From positions 17,946 through 81,945 of the forward strand of contig JAHINB010000013.1 of assembly GCA_018896215.1 (NCBI GenBank): a stretch of DNA of 64,000 nt, in the 5' to 3' direction. This DNA is from Patescibacteria group bacterium (GTDB lineage Bacteria > Patescibacteriota > WWE3 > 0-14-0-20-40-13). The translations under genes and the position numbers were made by a program. The notes under the pieces were generated by a model. That model made no database searches. It was not told where the DNA came from and was given only the letters and a program-made list of their open reading frames with translations. The first letter of the stretch is position 1. Each line of letters opens with the position of its first letter. Of the stretch, positions 1 to 11,337 are shown piece after piece.

Positions 1-1002
1 ATGCCCTGGTATGCCAAAAAAACGCTGGTACCACGCTCTGTTTTCTCCAAATTCTTGAGTCACAATGACATCTTCAATTGGCCAATCTAACTCATCTCCA
101 AGGTAGTTTCGCGGATTAACGGCAACGCCATTTTTGTAGACCCCAAAATGCAGATGGGGACCGGTGGAACACCCCGAGTTGCCTTCATAAGCGATAATAT
201 CTCCTTTTTTAACCTGCTTTCCTTCCTTGCCTACAATGTTGGCAAAGGCGGAACTTATAGAATCTAACTCCGATCTAATTTGCACCAGCAACCCTTGATA
301 TTTTTGCTCGTCGTTTTGGGTTTCTTCCAAAACCCATTGTTTAGTCTGTTTTTGATCTTCTAAGGTAGCTTTATACGAAGTTACCGCCTGTCTTTGCTTC
401 TCGATTTCAATTTTTAATAATTCAATTTTGTCCTTCTTATTAGTCAGCAAGTTTTTTTGCCCCTCAAAGCTACTCTTGGTCAAATTCATTTGAGACAAAA
501 TTATCTTATCCTGTTCTTCGATAGAGCGCAGATATTTAAGTTTTAAAACCATGTCGTTAAAATTGGTAGTCTCCAAAAGCGAGATTAAGGGAGATGTCTG
601 GTATCCAACTTCGCTTTTATATTTTTGCCTTAAATGCGCTTTAAGAACTTTTTCCTGATCACCAATTGCCCCCACAAGTTTTTCTAAGCGGTCGGATAGG
701 TTTGTTATATCATCCTCTAAAGAAGCTATTTCTTGAACCTTGACAGAAATTTGGGCGTTAGCTTGATCTATTTTTAACTGGGTATAATACACTTGGGTGC
801 TAATATATTCAATTTCGTTTTTAAGAGTTTTTTCGGAGTTTTGGAGGGAGGTGATTTTAGCTTCTAATTCTTTTATTTGATCTTGCAGATCGTTAACTCT
901 ATCCGTTGTATCGGAAGGGCTTTGAGAAAAGGCGAAATTATTGGCTACAACTAAACCAAACGAAAGGATAAAAATAAAAATAGGTGTCTTAAATAAGCGC
1001 AT
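1..1002 (-). CDS. Secreted coiled-coil M23 peptidase (EnvC-like), runs off the left edge, M23 motifs in permuted order
   Basis: Manual translation from ATG 1002: [20 protein letters not shown] signal-like peptide, long coiled coil, then [16 protein letters not shown]...VNP..YL...WP...VTQEFG...GH. Lies downstream of ftsX; absent from the ORF track. Confidence 0.88.
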   Translation of the reverse strand, partial: MRLFKTPIFIFILSFGLVVANNFAFSQSPSDTTDRVNDLQDQIKELEAKITSLQNSEKTLKNEIEYISTQVYYTQLKIDQANAQISVKVQEIASLEDDITNLSDRLEKLVGAIGDQEKVLKAHLRQKYKSEVGYQTSPLISLLETTNFNDMVLKLKYLRSIEEQDKIILSQMNLTKSSFEGQKNLLTNKKDKIELLKIEIEKQRQAVTSYKATLEDQKQTKQWVLEETQNDEQKYQGLLVQIRSELDSISSAFANIVGKEGKQVKKGDIIAYEGNSGCSTGPHLHFGVYKNGVAVNPRNYLGDELDWPIEDVIVTQEFGENRAWYQRFFGIPGH

Positions 1003-1016
1003 TGCATCATTTAAAT

Positions 1017-1892
1017 CTAAATCTTCAGATATCTCTTAACCGCAAACATACTTCCTACAAATCCTAAAAGAGCGCCAAAAAGAAGCTGCGTCCCAAAAAC
1101 AATTAAGAGATAAACAAAGTTTAAGTTAACAACTGGAATACCTTTAAAAAGTAGAGCAATGTCTCCCCCTAACACACTTACAATAATCGTAAAAACTATC
1201 TGTGAGATAAAAGCTGCTACTACCCCATATATTAGACCTTGAATGATAAAAGGGCCTCTAATAAACCAGCTCGAACCACCAACCAGCCTCATGACCGCAA
1301 TCTCATCATTTCTAATATAAATTGACGAGCCGATGGTCAAAAGTACCGTAATAATTGAGGTTAAAAGTAAGAGCGTTACCATGGCAATTCCCCCGTATTT
1401 AATAATATCGCTAAATTTTTTAAAGGTGGTTATGGCATCTTTGTAATACACTACCTCCTCAACATTGGTGTTACCCTCAAACTTTCTAACAACTTCTGGC
1501 AAATATTTAATATCCCGCGCTCTAATATCTAAACTGGCAGGAAAGATGTCACGGGTTAAGGACTCCAAAAGCAACGGGTCGTTCTGATGTTCTCCAATGT
1601 AAGAATCTAGAGCTTCCTGCTTTGAGGTGTAGCCAACGCTTTGGATATCGGAATCTAGCTCCAGATCTGATTTAATCTTTAAAATATCATCTTCTAAAAA
1701 TGAGTCTTTAAAAAACACTGTAATTTGGGCTTGTGTTTCTAGATACTTTAAGACATCGCGAGAAATTACCCCCACAGAAATAAACGAACTTAGCATAAAG
1801 AAAGTAAAGGTCATGACCAAAACAGAGGCAACAGTAAACCACCTGCTCTTGACGATATTAGATATGGCAAACTTAAAAACTCTTTTATTCAT
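1017..1892 (-). CDS. ftsX: Cell division permease FtsX
   Basis: Four-TM layout, [19 protein letters not shown] motif, follows ftsE. Confidence 0.95.
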   Translation of the reverse strand: MNKRVFKFAISNIVKSRWFTVASVLVMTFTFFMLSSFISVGVISRDVLKYLETQAQITVFFKDSFLEDDILKIKSDLELDSDIQSVGYTSKQEALDSYIGEHQNDPLLLESLTRDIFPASLDIRARDIKYLPEVVRKFEGNTNVEEVVYYKDAITTFKKFSDIIKYGGIAMVTLLLLTSIITVLLTIGSSIYIRNDEIAVMRLVGGSSWFIRGPFIIQGLIYGVVAAFISQIVFTIIVSVLGGDIALLFKGIPVVNLNFVYLLIVFGTQLLFGALLGFVGSMFAVKRYLKI

Positions 1893-1898
1893 GCTTTA

Positions 1899-2582
1899 TC
1901 ACTCCTTTGAATAACTACCCTTACTTTGATCACGAACAATGCGACCTTGATCCAATTCTACCACTCTTTTTTTAAGCAAATTTACAATATTAAAATCGTG
2001 AGTTGCCATAATAACAGTTGTTCCCCAAGAATTTACTTTTTCTAACAATTTTACTATTTCCCAAGTGCTAGAGGGATCAACCATACCCGTTGGCTCATCT
2101 GCCAGAATTATTTTTGGCTCATGAACTAAGGCGCGAGCAATTGCCAACCTTTGTTTTTCGCCACCGCTTAACTGATAAGGAAAATTTTGCATTTTGGATG
2201 ATAACCCCACCAATTCAAGATATTTTGGCACAATTGTGGCAATTTCCTCATCAGTTTTTCCAACCACCTCAAGCGACAAAGAAACATTTTGGAACACTGT
2301 TCTGCTGTATAAAAGACGATAGTCCTGAAAGATATAGCCAATTTTTCGGCGAAGAGGCGGGATATCGCTGTTTTTTAAGGAGGCTAAATCCTGTCCATCA
2401 ACCATAATTTTGCCACTAGTGGGCAATTCTTCTTTGACAATGAGTCTTAGCATTGTAGTTTTTCCCGCTCCCGATGTACCAACCAAAAACACAAACTCTT
2501 TGGGGGCAACGGACAAACTTATATCGTCAAGCGCTAATGTTCCATCTTTATATTTTTTTGTTACATCCTCAAATATAATCAT
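1899..2582 (-). CDS. ftsE: Cell division ATP-binding protein FtsE
   Basis: GTSGAGKT, LSGGEKQR, ILADEPTG; adjacent to ftsX. Confidence 0.95.
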   Translation of the reverse strand: MIIFEDVTKKYKDGTLALDDISLSVAPKEFVFLVGTSGAGKTTMLRLIVKEELPTSGKIMVDGQDLASLKNSDIPPLRRKIGYIFQDYRLLYSRTVFQNVSLSLEVVGKTDEEIATIVPKYLELVGLSSKMQNFPYQLSGGEKQRLAIARALVHEPKIILADEPTGMVDPSSTWEIVKLLEKVNSWGTTVIMATHDFNIVNLLKKRVVELDQGRIVRDQSKGSYSKE

Positions 2583-2591
2583 ACTCGCCCG

Positions 2592-2987
2592 TCACTTGAA
2601 ACTTACCGCTTCTACATAAACTAACTGCACACCATCTGCATTTTTCCCTCGCGTTGTTCCAGTAATTGTAACAATTCCCTGACCCGAAGCAAAACTTAAT
2701 AACTCCCCCCTTGTCTCCATAAAAGCCAAAATCTCGTTTGATTCCGACATTAATTTATACTGATAAGTTTGATTTTCACCGTCATTTTTAGCAATCCTTC
2801 CCCGCAGTTCAATTGTTCCACCAACAAGTTTGGAAGGATCCATAAAGGCATCTCCTACGGTATTTTTCAGCTCGGCATCAGTTATAGGCGTCAGTTTTGA
2901 GGTAGCGAACAACTTTGTACCAACCAAAAAGATAATACCTAATACTACAAGAAATATTAACAACATAATCAATCTTTTTTTGATCAT
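2592..2987 (-). CDS. Hypothetical membrane-anchored protein
   Basis: N-terminal TM helix; tightly packed in operon. Confidence 0.75.
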   Translation of the reverse strand: MIKKRLIMLLIFLVVLGIIFLVGTKLFATSKLTPITDAELKNTVGDAFMDPSKLVGGTIELRGRIAKNDGENQTYQYKLMSESNEILAFMETRGELLSFASGQGIVTITGTTRGKNADGVQLVYVEAVSFK

Positions 2988-2999
2988 AGTTCCATGATA

Positions 3000-4004
3000 C
3001 TACAAATAAAGTTCCTTCTCTATGAATCCCCCCAACTCTCCATCCAACACTGCATCTGGATTAAAGCACTCCACCCCTGTTCGCAAATCTTTGACCAATT
3101 TATAAGGATGCAAAATATAATTACGGATTTGATTGCCCCATGAAGCCGTTTTAAAAACCCCCTTTATTTTATTTACTTCATTTACCTTTTCTTTTTCCAT
3201 GGCATCCAGCAATTTTGCTTTAAGCATATTTAAAGCAATTTCGCGATTTTTAAGCTGGAATCTTTCGGTTTGGCAGGAAACAACAATACCGGTAGGTTTG
3301 TGCTTGATACGAACCGCGGTTGAAACCTTGTTAACATTTTGACCTCCGTGCCCGCTGGCTCTAAAAAAATCTGTATCCAAGTCACTTTCTGCTATTTCTA
3401 AATCGGAACCCTTTTGCACTTGAGGTAAAACCTCGACTAAAGCAAAAGATGTCTGGCGAAGATTATCGGCATTAAAAGGGGACTGACGAACCAATCTGTG
3501 AGTCCCCGCCTCGCGTTTGAGCATGCCATAGGCAAAAGAACCATCTACTTGGTAGGTCACCGACTTTATTCCAGCTACATCCCCCACCGTTTCATCAACT
3601 TTAAAAAAACTCCATTTCTTGCGGTCAAAGTATCTCTCGTACATTCGAGCCAACATTCCCGCCCAATCCATGGCCTCGGTTCCACCTTGCCCCGCATGAA
3701 TTGCCAAATAGGCGCCTCCCGAATCAAATTTACCAGATAAAACCGCAAAGATTTCGGCTTCTTTAAGTTTTTGATTAAGCTCTTTCTCTTCGCCCATTTC
3801 GGCTAATAATTCCAGTTCTTCTACTTTCACCACAATTGATTTTAGATCCGAGAGTTCTTTGGCGCGTTTTGACGCCATATCGGGATTACTCCAAAAATTG
3901 GGGTTCTCCATTTCTTTTTCAATTGACGCAAGCTCCTGCTTTTTCTCGTCGTATTTAAGACTGCTTTTGATACTGGAGATTTTACTTAGAGTTGAGTCAT
4001 CCAT
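3000..4004 (-). CDS. prfB: Peptide chain release factor 2 (no programmed frameshift)
   Basis: SPF (RQSPFN) and GGQ motifs; continuous ORF. Confidence 0.96.
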   Translation of the reverse strand: MDDSTLSKISSIKSSLKYDEKKQELASIEKEMENPNFWSNPDMASKRAKELSDLKSIVVKVEELELLAEMGEEKELNQKLKEAEIFAVLSGKFDSGGAYLAIHAGQGGTEAMDWAGMLARMYERYFDRKKWSFFKVDETVGDVAGIKSVTYQVDGSFAYGMLKREAGTHRLVRQSPFNADNLRQTSFALVEVLPQVQKGSDLEIAESDLDTDFFRASGHGGQNVNKVSTAVRIKHKPTGIVVSCQTERFQLKNREIALNMLKAKLLDAMEKEKVNEVNKIKGVFKTASWGNQIRNYILHPYKLVKDLRTGVECFNPDAVLDGELGGFIEKELYL

Positions 4005-4006
4005 GA

Positions 4007-5077
4007 CTACTTTTGCAACGCCTCCATGACATAATAGGGATCAGACTCCACAACGCTTTGAGCATAAAGCTCCATCGAACCAATATCCGCGGTGCGGTTT
4101 GACAGGTTACCACGATCAACAATTCTTACAATGTACGGCATATGCGACCAGTTTTCTTGGGTTTTAACTAATGGTGGCATATAAATAACTAAATTAAAGC
4201 TTGCTACACCAAGTTCATTTTTAAAGGCGCTTAAAACTTTGTTAATTGATTTTGCAAGCTCCCAACCATAATCTCTCCCAACAATCATAACTTCATTATT
4301 TTTAATCGGGGTTAGCTTTGCCATAATTTTGGTTTTTCCATACTCCACACCAAGTCCCAACGCCTTATGAACACTAAAGACATCATCAAAATAGTTGGCA
4401 AGATAGTTATTTTCGTATTCCAAAACCTGTTTTCTTAGATCATCAACCCTAGCAAAAGAGACCCCTTCAGTTAAAACAACTTGAGCATGACCGTGTATAA
4501 CCGAAGCGCCTGCTTTCCACAAACAGTTCCATGAAAATAAAGGGTAAATGGCATCAGGGTTAACATTATTGGCTTTTTTAAAATATTGGCGAGCTACTTC
4601 TAGATAATCTGCTATTTTTTCTTCGTTAAAATTAAGAGGGTTATGCTCATTAAAAATGATCAGCCCATGAAAACCATCATATTTGGCGATGTTTGACGCG
4701 GTAATACAATATTTTCCTTTAATTCTTCCAAAAACATCTTCGGGAGTAGCGGTTAGTGGAGTACTAAAATGATCGCCTTGACATTGTTCTATTTCTTCTT
4801 TGTATCCTCCATAAGTTTCGTCTTTAATAACTGGTCGCTTGGTGCGCAATTCGTTAAATATTGCTCCTTCTCCAGTAACCCTATTGATAATTTTGACAAA
4901 AGTTTGTGTTTCCAGATCCTTTATTTCACCAAAAGTTTTTGTCGCCCATTCTTCCATTTCCGTTGGAATTAAAAGTTTACCAGTAGAAATAGTTATTTTA
5001 TAAATACGAGTAAATTTTTCGCGAGTTGCGGTATCGAGTTTTTCAATTTTTGACAACAATTGATCCTTAAATCCCAT
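4007..5077 (-). CDS. GalT-like HIT-superfamily nucleotidyltransferase
   Basis: [11 protein letters not shown] (HxHxQ) motif. Confidence 0.75.
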   Translation of the reverse strand: MGFKDQLLSKIEKLDTATREKFTRIYKITISTGKLLIPTEMEEWATKTFGEIKDLETQTFVKIINRVTGEGAIFNELRTKRPVIKDETYGGYKEEIEQCQGDHFSTPLTATPEDVFGRIKGKYCITASNIAKYDGFHGLIIFNEHNPLNFNEEKIADYLEVARQYFKKANNVNPDAIYPLFSWNCLWKAGASVIHGHAQVVLTEGVSFARVDDLRKQVLEYENNYLANYFDDVFSVHKALGLGVEYGKTKIMAKLTPIKNNEVMIVGRDYGWELAKSINKVLSAFKNELGVASFNLVIYMPPLVKTQENWSHMPYIVRIVDRGNLSNRTADIGSMELYAQSVVESDPYYVMEALQK

Positions 5078-5129
5078 AATCTAATCATAAAGGTTTAAGA
5101 GAAAAGTTTAAAGGGGAAATAAAAAATCT

Positions 5130-5855
5130 CTAGAAGAAGTCTTCGGAAAGAATATTTTTTTTGGGTACGCCAGCTTGTAAAAATAGGGTGGTTGCGTCTT
5201 TCATCATCTCGGGATGACCACACAAAAATACAAAATTGGGCTTTTCTTTTTTTAACAATTCTTGAGCAATTTCCGTAACATAACCTTTATGCCAATACTC
5301 TCCCCATTCGGGTTTAAATCCAACTGTTGTTTGTGATAGAGCAACATAGTAATAAAAATGCTTTAATGTTTTTGCCAGGTTTTCGAAATTCTTTAAAAAA
5401 ACTATGTCCTCCTTAACTCTTGTTCCATATATCAACCTAATCTTCCCAATTCCACCTATCTCCCTTATTCTCTCTATCTGTGCTTTAAGCGGCGCGACTC
5501 CGCAACCCGTACCCAAAAACCAGACATTTCCATAAATCCCCTCGGGTACCACAAACTTTCCATACGATCCCCAAAACTCAACTGTTTCCCCAACCTTTAA
5601 GCTTTCCACAAATTTAGAGCCAATCCCCTGCGCTTTTGTGTCAATCAAAAGTTCTAACACATTGTTCTTGTCATCCCACCTGCATATAGAATAAGCTCTC
5701 CTAACATTAGGAGCAACCACAAGCGAAATGTACTGCCCCGCCGAATACGAGAAGTCTTGAGATTTTTGCAAAATCAAATGGACAAAGTGTGAGCTTAAAT
5801 TGTTTTTACGAGTTACTTTTGATGTGTATTTTTTAGGTAGATTGAGTAGAGTCAT
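5130..5855 (-). CDS. FAD/NAD(P)-binding oxidoreductase (ferredoxin-NADP reductase family)
   Basis: GQYI, RAYSI, GTGCGVAP, FLCGHPEM motifs; terminal EDFF. Confidence 0.9.
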   Translation of the reverse strand: MTLLNLPKKYTSKVTRKNNLSSHFVHLILQKSQDFSYSAGQYISLVVAPNVRRAYSICRWDDKNNVLELLIDTKAQGIGSKFVESLKVGETVEFWGSYGKFVVPEGIYGNVWFLGTGCGVAPLKAQIERIREIGGIGKIRLIYGTRVKEDIVFLKNFENLAKTLKHFYYYVALSQTTVGFKPEWGEYWHKGYVTEIAQELLKKEKPNFVFLCGHPEMMKDATTLFLQAGVPKKNILSEDFF

Positions 5856-6073
5856 TACGGATAAAGCTGTTTTCCAGCTTCATCAAACAAATGAATAGCT
5901 AAAACCGGACAACTTTGAGATGCCTGCAAAATAACCTCATCTGTGTCGCCTGCCGGCTTTGCAATGGTTGATTTACCCTCCGAGTTTAGGGAAAATGTCT
6001 TACTGGCAATTACTCCGCAAGTTCCGCACCCAATACAATCCTGATTAATTTCTATTTTTGTTATCTTGGACAT
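5855..6073 (-). CDS. Single-cluster ferredoxin
   Basis: CIGCGTC...CP; start moved to MSKITK (6073). Confidence 0.9.
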   Translation of the reverse strand: MSKITKIEINQDCIGCGTCGVIASKTFSLNSEGKSTIAKPAGDTDEVILQASQSCPVLAIHLFDEAGKQLYP

Positions 6074-6423
6074 AGTGCTTTTTTTAAAACTCCTAAACTT
6101 AAGATGGCACACTTTTTACGAGATGTTGTTAGATCCATTTCTAGTAATTGTAACATCTGCTCTTCGGACATGTCTTTGATTTCTCGTAGCGTTTTTCCCT
6201 TGACAAAATCCGCCAACATGTCGGCCGAAACTGTAGAAATTAAGCAACCGATACCATTAAATTTAATGTCAGTGATAACACCCTTTGAGGTTTTGAAAGA
6301 AACGGAGAGCGCGTCCCCGCACAAAGGGTTTTTTAATGATGCCTTATTTGTGGCATCAACAATCTCACCCATATTTTGCGGGTTTTTATAGCGATCTAAT
6401 AATTCTTCCCGATAAATATTCAT
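6061..6423 (-). CDS. sufU: SufU/IscU-type Fe-S scaffold protein
   Basis: NPLCGD, GIGCLIS, RKKCA motifs. Confidence 0.9.
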   Translation of the reverse strand: MNIYREELLDRYKNPQNMGEIVDATNKASLKNPLCGDALSVSFKTSKGVITDIKFNGIGCLISTVSADMLADFVKGKTLREIKDMSEEQMLQLLEMDLTTSRKKCAILSLGVLKKALCPR

Positions 6424-6425
6424 AT

Positions 6426-7697
6426 CTAACTGTTTTTACGGGTGACACCCCTAAAGTGGTGTTTTGGGGTGTCACCCGAAAATCCAAATATCTTCTTTGC
6501 TTTATTAATCCCACTTATTAGTGCATCTATATCCTCTTTTGTATTATAGATATACAAACTTACCCTAACTGAACTTGGTATATCCAACGCCGTGTGTAGT
6601 GGCATAGCGCAGTGGTGACCCGACCTAACCGCAACCCCAACCGAGTCTAAAACACTGGCTAAATCATGGGAGTGCACCCCTGGCAGGTTAAACGCCACAA
6701 TTCCAACCCCGTTTTCTGCTTTTTGGTTCCCGTATAGTAATAGCCCTAATCGCCCTAACATTTCTAATAAGTATTCTGTATTCCCCCCCACCTTCCCCCT
6801 CAACTTCTCCAACCCATAGGAGTTTAGGTAATCCACTGCCACCCCAAGCCCAATCACTCCCGCGATATTTGGCGTTCCGGCTTCAAATTTATTGGGAACA
6901 ATATCCCAAACAGCGTGATCTTGATAAACTTCAGTAATCATACCCCCGCCAAATTTAACAGGCTCAAGTGTTTTTAGTAATTCTCGTTTTCCCCAAAGCA
7001 CTCCAACTCCAGTTGGCCCTAGCATTTTATGCGCCGAAAAAGCATAAAAGTCGCATCCTAAAGATTGCACATTAACTGGCAGGTGCCCCACCGCCTGCGC
7101 CCCATCGACTACTACTAAACAATTGGGATTTGTCGTTTTGACAAGTTTGACTAAATCTTTAATCTTAATAATTTCTCCAGTGACATTGGAAGCGTGGGTA
7201 ATTGCTAAAGCATCCACTTTTTGAGAGAGTATTTTTTTAGCTTCAGAATAATCTAGTAAACCGCCTTTAGTAACCGGAATATAGATCAGCTGACAATTTT
7301 TTTGTGTTGCCAACTGTTGCCAAGGTACAAGGTTGGAGTGATGTTCTAGTTCCGATAAAACAATTGTTGATTCTTCTTTTAATATTTGACCAACTAATTG
7401 AGAAGCCGTATTTAATGATTCTGTTGCTCCACTGGTAAAGATCACTTCTTCGGGAACAACTGCTCCAATTAAACCTGCAACCTTTTTTCTAGCTTCTTCA
7501 AACAATAAAGTTGATTCCTCGCTTAATGTATGAATTCCTCGATGGATATTGGAATTATGTTTTTGATAATAGTTAACAACGGCATCAATAACTTGCTGTG
7601 GCTTTTGCGTTGTAGCAGCATTGTCCAAATAAGCAAGTTTGTGACCGTTGATTTTGCGATTTAAAATTCTGAAATCCTTTTTGGTATTAATTAACAT
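6426..7697 (-). CDS. sufS: Cysteine desulfurase SufS
   Basis: YLDNAATTQKP, FSAHKMLGP, RSGHHCA. Confidence 0.96.
   Translation of the reverse strand: MLINTKKDFRILNRKINGHKLAYLDNAATTQKPQQVIDAVVNYYQKHNSNIHRGIHTLSEESTLLFEEARKKVAGLIGAVVPEEVIFTSGATESLNTASQLVGQILKEESTIVLSELEHHSNLVPWQQLATQKNCQLIYIPVTKGGLLDYSEAKKILSQKVDALAITHASNVTGEIIKIKDLVKLVKTTNPNCLVVVDGAQAVGHLPVNVQSLGCDFYAFSAHKMLGPTGVGVLWGKRELLKTLEPVKFGGGMITEVYQDHAVWDIVPNKFEAGTPNIAGVIGLGVAVDYLNSYGLEKLRGKVGGNTEYLLEMLGRLGLLLYGNQKAENGVGIVAFNLPGVHSHDLASVLDSVGVAVRSGHHCAMPLHTALDIPSSVRVSLYIYNTKEDIDALISGINKAKKIFGFSGDTPKHHFRGVTRKNS
6439..6478. repeat. Inverted doublet of GGG-N5-CCC palindrome inside the sufS 3' end
   Basis: CGGGTGACACCCC...GGGGTGTCACCCG; encodes the tail GDTPKHHFRGVTR. 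Confidence 0.85.
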
Positions 7698-8191
7698 CAG
7701 TTTTCTAAAAACCCAGAGGTGATTAATTGTTCGGCGTCTATGTGAGATAAACCGCGAGATTCCATGTAGTAGATTTCGTCTTCGCTTACTTTTCCAATTG
7801 TAACCCCATGACTGGCTTTAACTTTAGCATTTTTAATTTCCAGCGATGGTATAGATTTAACAAACACTTCCTCTCCTACTAAAAGATTCTTTTGAGAAAG
7901 ATGGGTGTCGGTTCCAATTGCATTTGTGTTGACAATAAGACACCCATTAAAGTACAGCTTTGCCTTATCATGCAATACAACCTTGATATCAACTCGACCT
8001 TTGGTATTAATCCCTATGTGATTTAACACGATATTGATATTCCTTTCGGTATTTCCCGTTAAGAGAAATCTACCGGTGACACTGATCTCGGATTGATCTC
8101 CAATTAAATTTACCAACATGGAGGTATCCTCATTTTTTAGGACGAGTTCTTTACTCTCACTCATATTTAATTTTATTGTTTTTGTCTTCAT
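7697..8191 (-). CDS. sufD: Short SufD-family protein
   Basis: PSLEI...VKASHGVTIG...YYMESRGL; only the C-terminal core present. Confidence 0.88.
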   Translation of the reverse strand: MKTKTIKLNMSESKELVLKNEDTSMLVNLIGDQSEISVTGRFLLTGNTERNINIVLNHIGINTKGRVDIKVVLHDKAKLYFNGCLIVNTNAIGTDTHLSQKNLLVGEEVFVKSIPSLEIKNAKVKASHGVTIGKVSEDEIYYMESRGLSHIDAEQLITSGFLEN

Positions 8192-8202
8192 TTTCGTCTT
8201 TT

Positions 8203-8252
8203 CGGGAGACTCCCCAAAAACAGTTTCTAATGCCTTTAAGGGGAGTCTCCCG
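8203..8252. repeat. Inverted doublet of GGG-N5-CCC palindrome
   Basis: CGGGAGACTCCCC...GGGGAGTCTCCCG. Confidence 0.85.
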
Positions 8253-8284
8253 GAAAAATTCTAAGATTTTGTTCCCCTTTTATC

Positions 8285-8309
8285 ATAGATAACCGTCTAT
8301 ATATTAACA
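8285..8309 (-). promoter_or_regulatory. Extended -10 promoter and putative ArsR operator upstream of sufD
   Basis: Minus strand TGTTAATAT followed by ATAGA-N6-TCTAT; same motif at 11267-11288. Confidence 0.7.
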
Positions 8310-8337
8310 TGAATTTTTACTATGGTAAACTTACACA

Positions 8338-8805
8338 ATGACACAAACACTTTTAGATAAAATTGTAAACTTTCTTGACCACGAGAAAATAAATTACCAA
8401 TTGACAATTCACGAACCGGTCAGAACTAGCGAAGAAGCAGCCAAGTTGCGGGGAGTTCCCCTATCATCTGGAGCCAAAGCCATGGTAGCCAAATGCAAAA
8501 GCAAATACTACCTTTTTGTTCTCCGCGCCAACACCAAGTTGGACTGGAAAAAAGTCAAGGTTATTCTTAACAATAGCGATGCCCATTTGGCACCGATTGA
8601 GGAAGCAGAAAAAATAACCGGAGTCCAAATTGGAGCAGTCGCTCCCTTTGGCAATCTGATGGGTTTACCAACTTACTTTGACAAAAAATTACTACAAAAT
8701 ATTGATGTTAATTTTAATGCCGGACTCCGAACTCACTCTATCAACATGAAAACCGTAGATCTCGTAACTCTCGTCAAACCAATCGTGGAAGATTTCTCCG
8801 GATGA
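8338..8805 (+). CDS. YbaK/ProX-like aminoacyl-tRNA editing protein
   Basis: HEPVRTSEEAA, GAKAM, GAVAPFG, FNAG motifs; TAAACT 6 nt before ATG. Confidence 0.9.
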   Translation: MTQTLLDKIVNFLDHEKINYQLTIHEPVRTSEEAAKLRGVPLSSGAKAMVAKCKSKYYLFVLRANTKLDWKKVKVILNNSDAHLAPIEEAEKITGVQIGAVAPFGNLMGLPTYFDKKLLQNIDVNFNAGLRTHSINMKTVDLVTLVKPIVEDFSG

Positions 8806-8810
8806 AATAT

Positions 8811-10178
8811 CTATCCGATACTCCCCCCCATTTCTAACTCCACTAATCTATTTAATTCCACCGCATATTCCATAGGAAGTTCTTTAGCTATAGGCTCAAT
8901 AAACCCCGATGCCACAAGGCTTTTGGCTTGTTCCTTGGATAAACCCCGTGACATTAAATAATAAAGTTTACTATCATCTATATTACTGACTGACGCTTCA
9001 TGTCCAATTTCTACATTTTTGCTTTCTATCTGCATTGTGGGATAGGTGTTGGTTTGCGAATTGGGCGAAAGCAGCAGGGCATCGCAAACTACATTTACTT
9101 TGGCATTTTTGATATGGGGAGGAACCTTTACCATTCCTCTATAAGTTGCAATTCCAGTTTCTTTTGAGATTGATTTTGAGATTATATTTGAGGAGGTATT
9201 ATTTGCTAGGTGATACACTTTACCCCCCGCATCTTGTGTTTGCCCTGCTTTCGCGTAGGCAAGCGAGAGTATTTCTCCTTTTGCCCCATCCCCTTTTAAG
9301 TAGATCGAGGGGTACTTCATAGTAACCTTTGATCCCAAATTGCAATCCACCCATTCCATTACACCGCCTTTCTCCACAAACGCTCTTTTAGTCACTAAAT
9401 TATAAACATCATTACTCCAATTTTGAATTGTGGTATAGCGAACCCTTGCGCCCTCCATAACAAATATCTCCACAACAGCAGCATGCAAAGAAGCCGAAGC
9501 ATAAACTGGAGCAGTACAACCTTCCACATAGCTTACAAAGGAATTTTTGTCCGCGATGATGAGAGTTCTCTCAAACTGCCCCATGTTGCGCTCGTTAATT
9601 CTAAAGTAAGTCTGAAGTGGAAGTTTCACTTTGACATTTGGCGGAATATAAATAAAAGAACCTCCGCTCCAAACAGCACTATTTAACGACGCGAATTTAT
9701 TATCGGCTGGGGGAACCGCTTTACCAAAATACTTCTTAAAAATCTCTGGGTGCTTTTGTAAAGCCGAGTCAGTGTCCAAAAAAATCACACCCTTTTGTTC
9801 TAGTTCTTTTTTAAGTGAGCCGTAAACTACCTCAGATTCAAATTGCGCTTTGACTCCCGAAAGATATTCTCTTTCGGCTTGGGGAATCCCCAACCGTTCA
9901 AAAGTATTTTTTATTTGTTCGGGGACTTCTTGCCAGGAGTGTTTTTGACTATCCTGCGGTTTAACATAATAGTAAAGTTCCTTAAAATTTATCGCCGATA
10001 AGTCCGGACCCCAAGCGGGCATTTTCTTTTGACAAAATAATTCGTATGCTCTAATCCTAAAGTCAAACATCCATTGAGGTTCTTTTTTTGTGGTTGAGAT
10101 ATAGCTAACAATCTCTCGTGACAATCCCCGTGGTGATTTGTAAATTGGAGTGGTTTTTGTCCTAAATGTGGTATCCAT
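8811..10178 (-). CDS. sufB: Fe-S cluster assembly protein SufB
   Basis: [29 protein letters not shown] motifs. Confidence 0.97.
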   Translation of the reverse strand: MDTTFRTKTTPIYKSPRGLSREIVSYISTTKKEPQWMFDFRIRAYELFCQKKMPAWGPDLSAINFKELYYYVKPQDSQKHSWQEVPEQIKNTFERLGIPQAEREYLSGVKAQFESEVVYGSLKKELEQKGVIFLDTDSALQKHPEIFKKYFGKAVPPADNKFASLNSAVWSGGSFIYIPPNVKVKLPLQTYFRINERNMGQFERTLIIADKNSFVSYVEGCTAPVYASASLHAAVVEIFVMEGARVRYTTIQNWSNDVYNLVTKRAFVEKGGVMEWVDCNLGSKVTMKYPSIYLKGDGAKGEILSLAYAKAGQTQDAGGKVYHLANNTSSNIISKSISKETGIATYRGMVKVPPHIKNAKVNVVCDALLLSPNSQTNTYPTMQIESKNVEIGHEASVSNIDDSKLYYLMSRGLSKEQAKSLVASGFIEPIAKELPMEYAVELNRLVELEMGGSIG

Positions 10179-10899
10179 TGTTTTCTATCTCTTCTGCTAA
10201 CTTACTATTTCCACTTTGGACAATTGTTCCGTTTATCATTACATGGACAAAATCAGGTTTTAAAATTTTTAAGATTCGTGGGTAATGGGTAATTATAACA
10301 ACTCCAGTGTTCTTAAATGTTTTGATTTTCTCAAATATTGTTTTTTGTGCGCCAATATCTAAACCGCTGTCAATCTCATCCAAAATTGCATATTTAGGGT
10401 TCAAAACTGCCATTTGCAAAATTTCGCCTTTCTTTTTTTCGCCTCCGCTTGCACCCTCGTTTAAATTTCTTTCGGTAAATTCCTTTGCCATTCCCAACCT
10501 TTCCAGGTGACTCATTAATAATGTTCTAAATTTAATTGGGGGCAAATTGATACCAGCGATACTACCGTATGAGAGACGCAAAAATGATTCTAAGGAAACT
10601 CCGGGAACCTCGACTGGGTATTGAAAGGCTAAAAACAAGCCTAGCCTTGCTCGCGCGGTTGCATCAAGATTTAATAAACAAGTTTGTTTCTGACGAAATA
10701 GATCTTTCCCGTCAAGAGAAACTGATCCCTTTGTAACTGTAATTAGGGGATTACCAATAAGCGTTGTTGCCAAGGTGCTTTTTCCTGAACCATTTGGTCC
10801 CATAAGAGCATGAATTTCCCCACGGTTGATGTTGAGACTCACCCCTTTAAGGATTTCTTTTTCTCCAATTTTAGCGTACAGATTATTTATCTTTAGCAT
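10162..10899 (-). CDS. sufC: Fe-S cluster assembly ATPase SufC
   Basis: [37 protein letters not shown]. Confidence 0.96.
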   Translation of the reverse strand: MLKINNLYAKIGEKEILKGVSLNINRGEIHALMGPNGSGKSTLATTLIGNPLITVTKGSVSLDGKDLFRQKQTCLLNLDATARARLGLFLAFQYPVEVPGVSLESFLRLSYGSIAGINLPPIKFRTLLMSHLERLGMAKEFTERNLNEGASGGEKKKGEILQMAVLNPKYAILDEIDSGLDIGAQKTIFEKIKTFKNTGVVIITHYPRILKILKPDFVHVMINGTIVQSGNSKLAEEIENNGYHI

Positions 10900-10911
10900 A
10901 ATTCTTAATCT

Positions 10912-11175
10912 CTAATCAGCCACGGGACATTTGCACTCACCACAACCACAAGTACATTGAGCATCGTAATAGACTTCCCTTCCTTTTTTAATTCTTTTAA
11001 GTAAACCCGTTTTTGCAAGTTCCATTAAATGGTACGAAACCGTAGGTTGTGTCAATTTAAAATGGGACACAACCTCGGATACTGTTTTAGATTTTCCGCT
11101 TTGCACAAATTCGTAGATTTTAGATCTTGAATTATCCGAAATAGCTTTAAAGCAAGCCAAGCATTTTTTATTCAT
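10912..11175 (-). CDS. ArsR/SmtB-family regulator with Cys-rich termini
   Basis: LTQPTVSYHL HTH, GREVYY wing; CLAC at N-terminus and CTCGCGECKC at C-terminus. Confidence 0.9.
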   Translation of the reverse strand: MNKKCLACFKAISDNSRSKIYEFVQSGKSKTVSEVVSHFKLTQPTVSYHLMELAKTGLLKRIKKGREVYYDAQCTCGCGECKCPVAD

Positions 11176-11257
11176 AACAAGATTAAAGAAAAATATTTCT
11201 ATTAATTTCCCCGACTAATGTCGGGGGCGTTACATATTTCCGAGCGCGGAAATCTAT
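11174..11257 (-). repeat. Structured attC-like dispersed element, copy A (arsR leader)
   Basis: hairpin-TGTAACGC-hairpin-AAATTAATAG...TTTCTTTAATCTTGTTATG. Confidence 0.85.
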
Positions 11258-11266
11258 ATTTTTTAA

Positions 11267-11311
11267 ATAGAAACCCATCTATATATTAATCTGTTTGGAT
11301 AAAATAGTCAA
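11267..11311 (-). promoter_or_regulatory. Sigma70 promoter with putative ArsR operator
   Basis: TTGACT-17nt-TAATAT followed by ATAGA-N6-TCTAT. Confidence 0.75.
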
Positions 11312-11337
11312 CAAGTGAGCGCTGTTGCAAATCTTCT

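Noticed and set aside
3940-4004. Programmed +1 frameshift in prfB
   Set aside because: The ORF is continuous (CTT AAA TAC GAC) with no CTT-TGA site.
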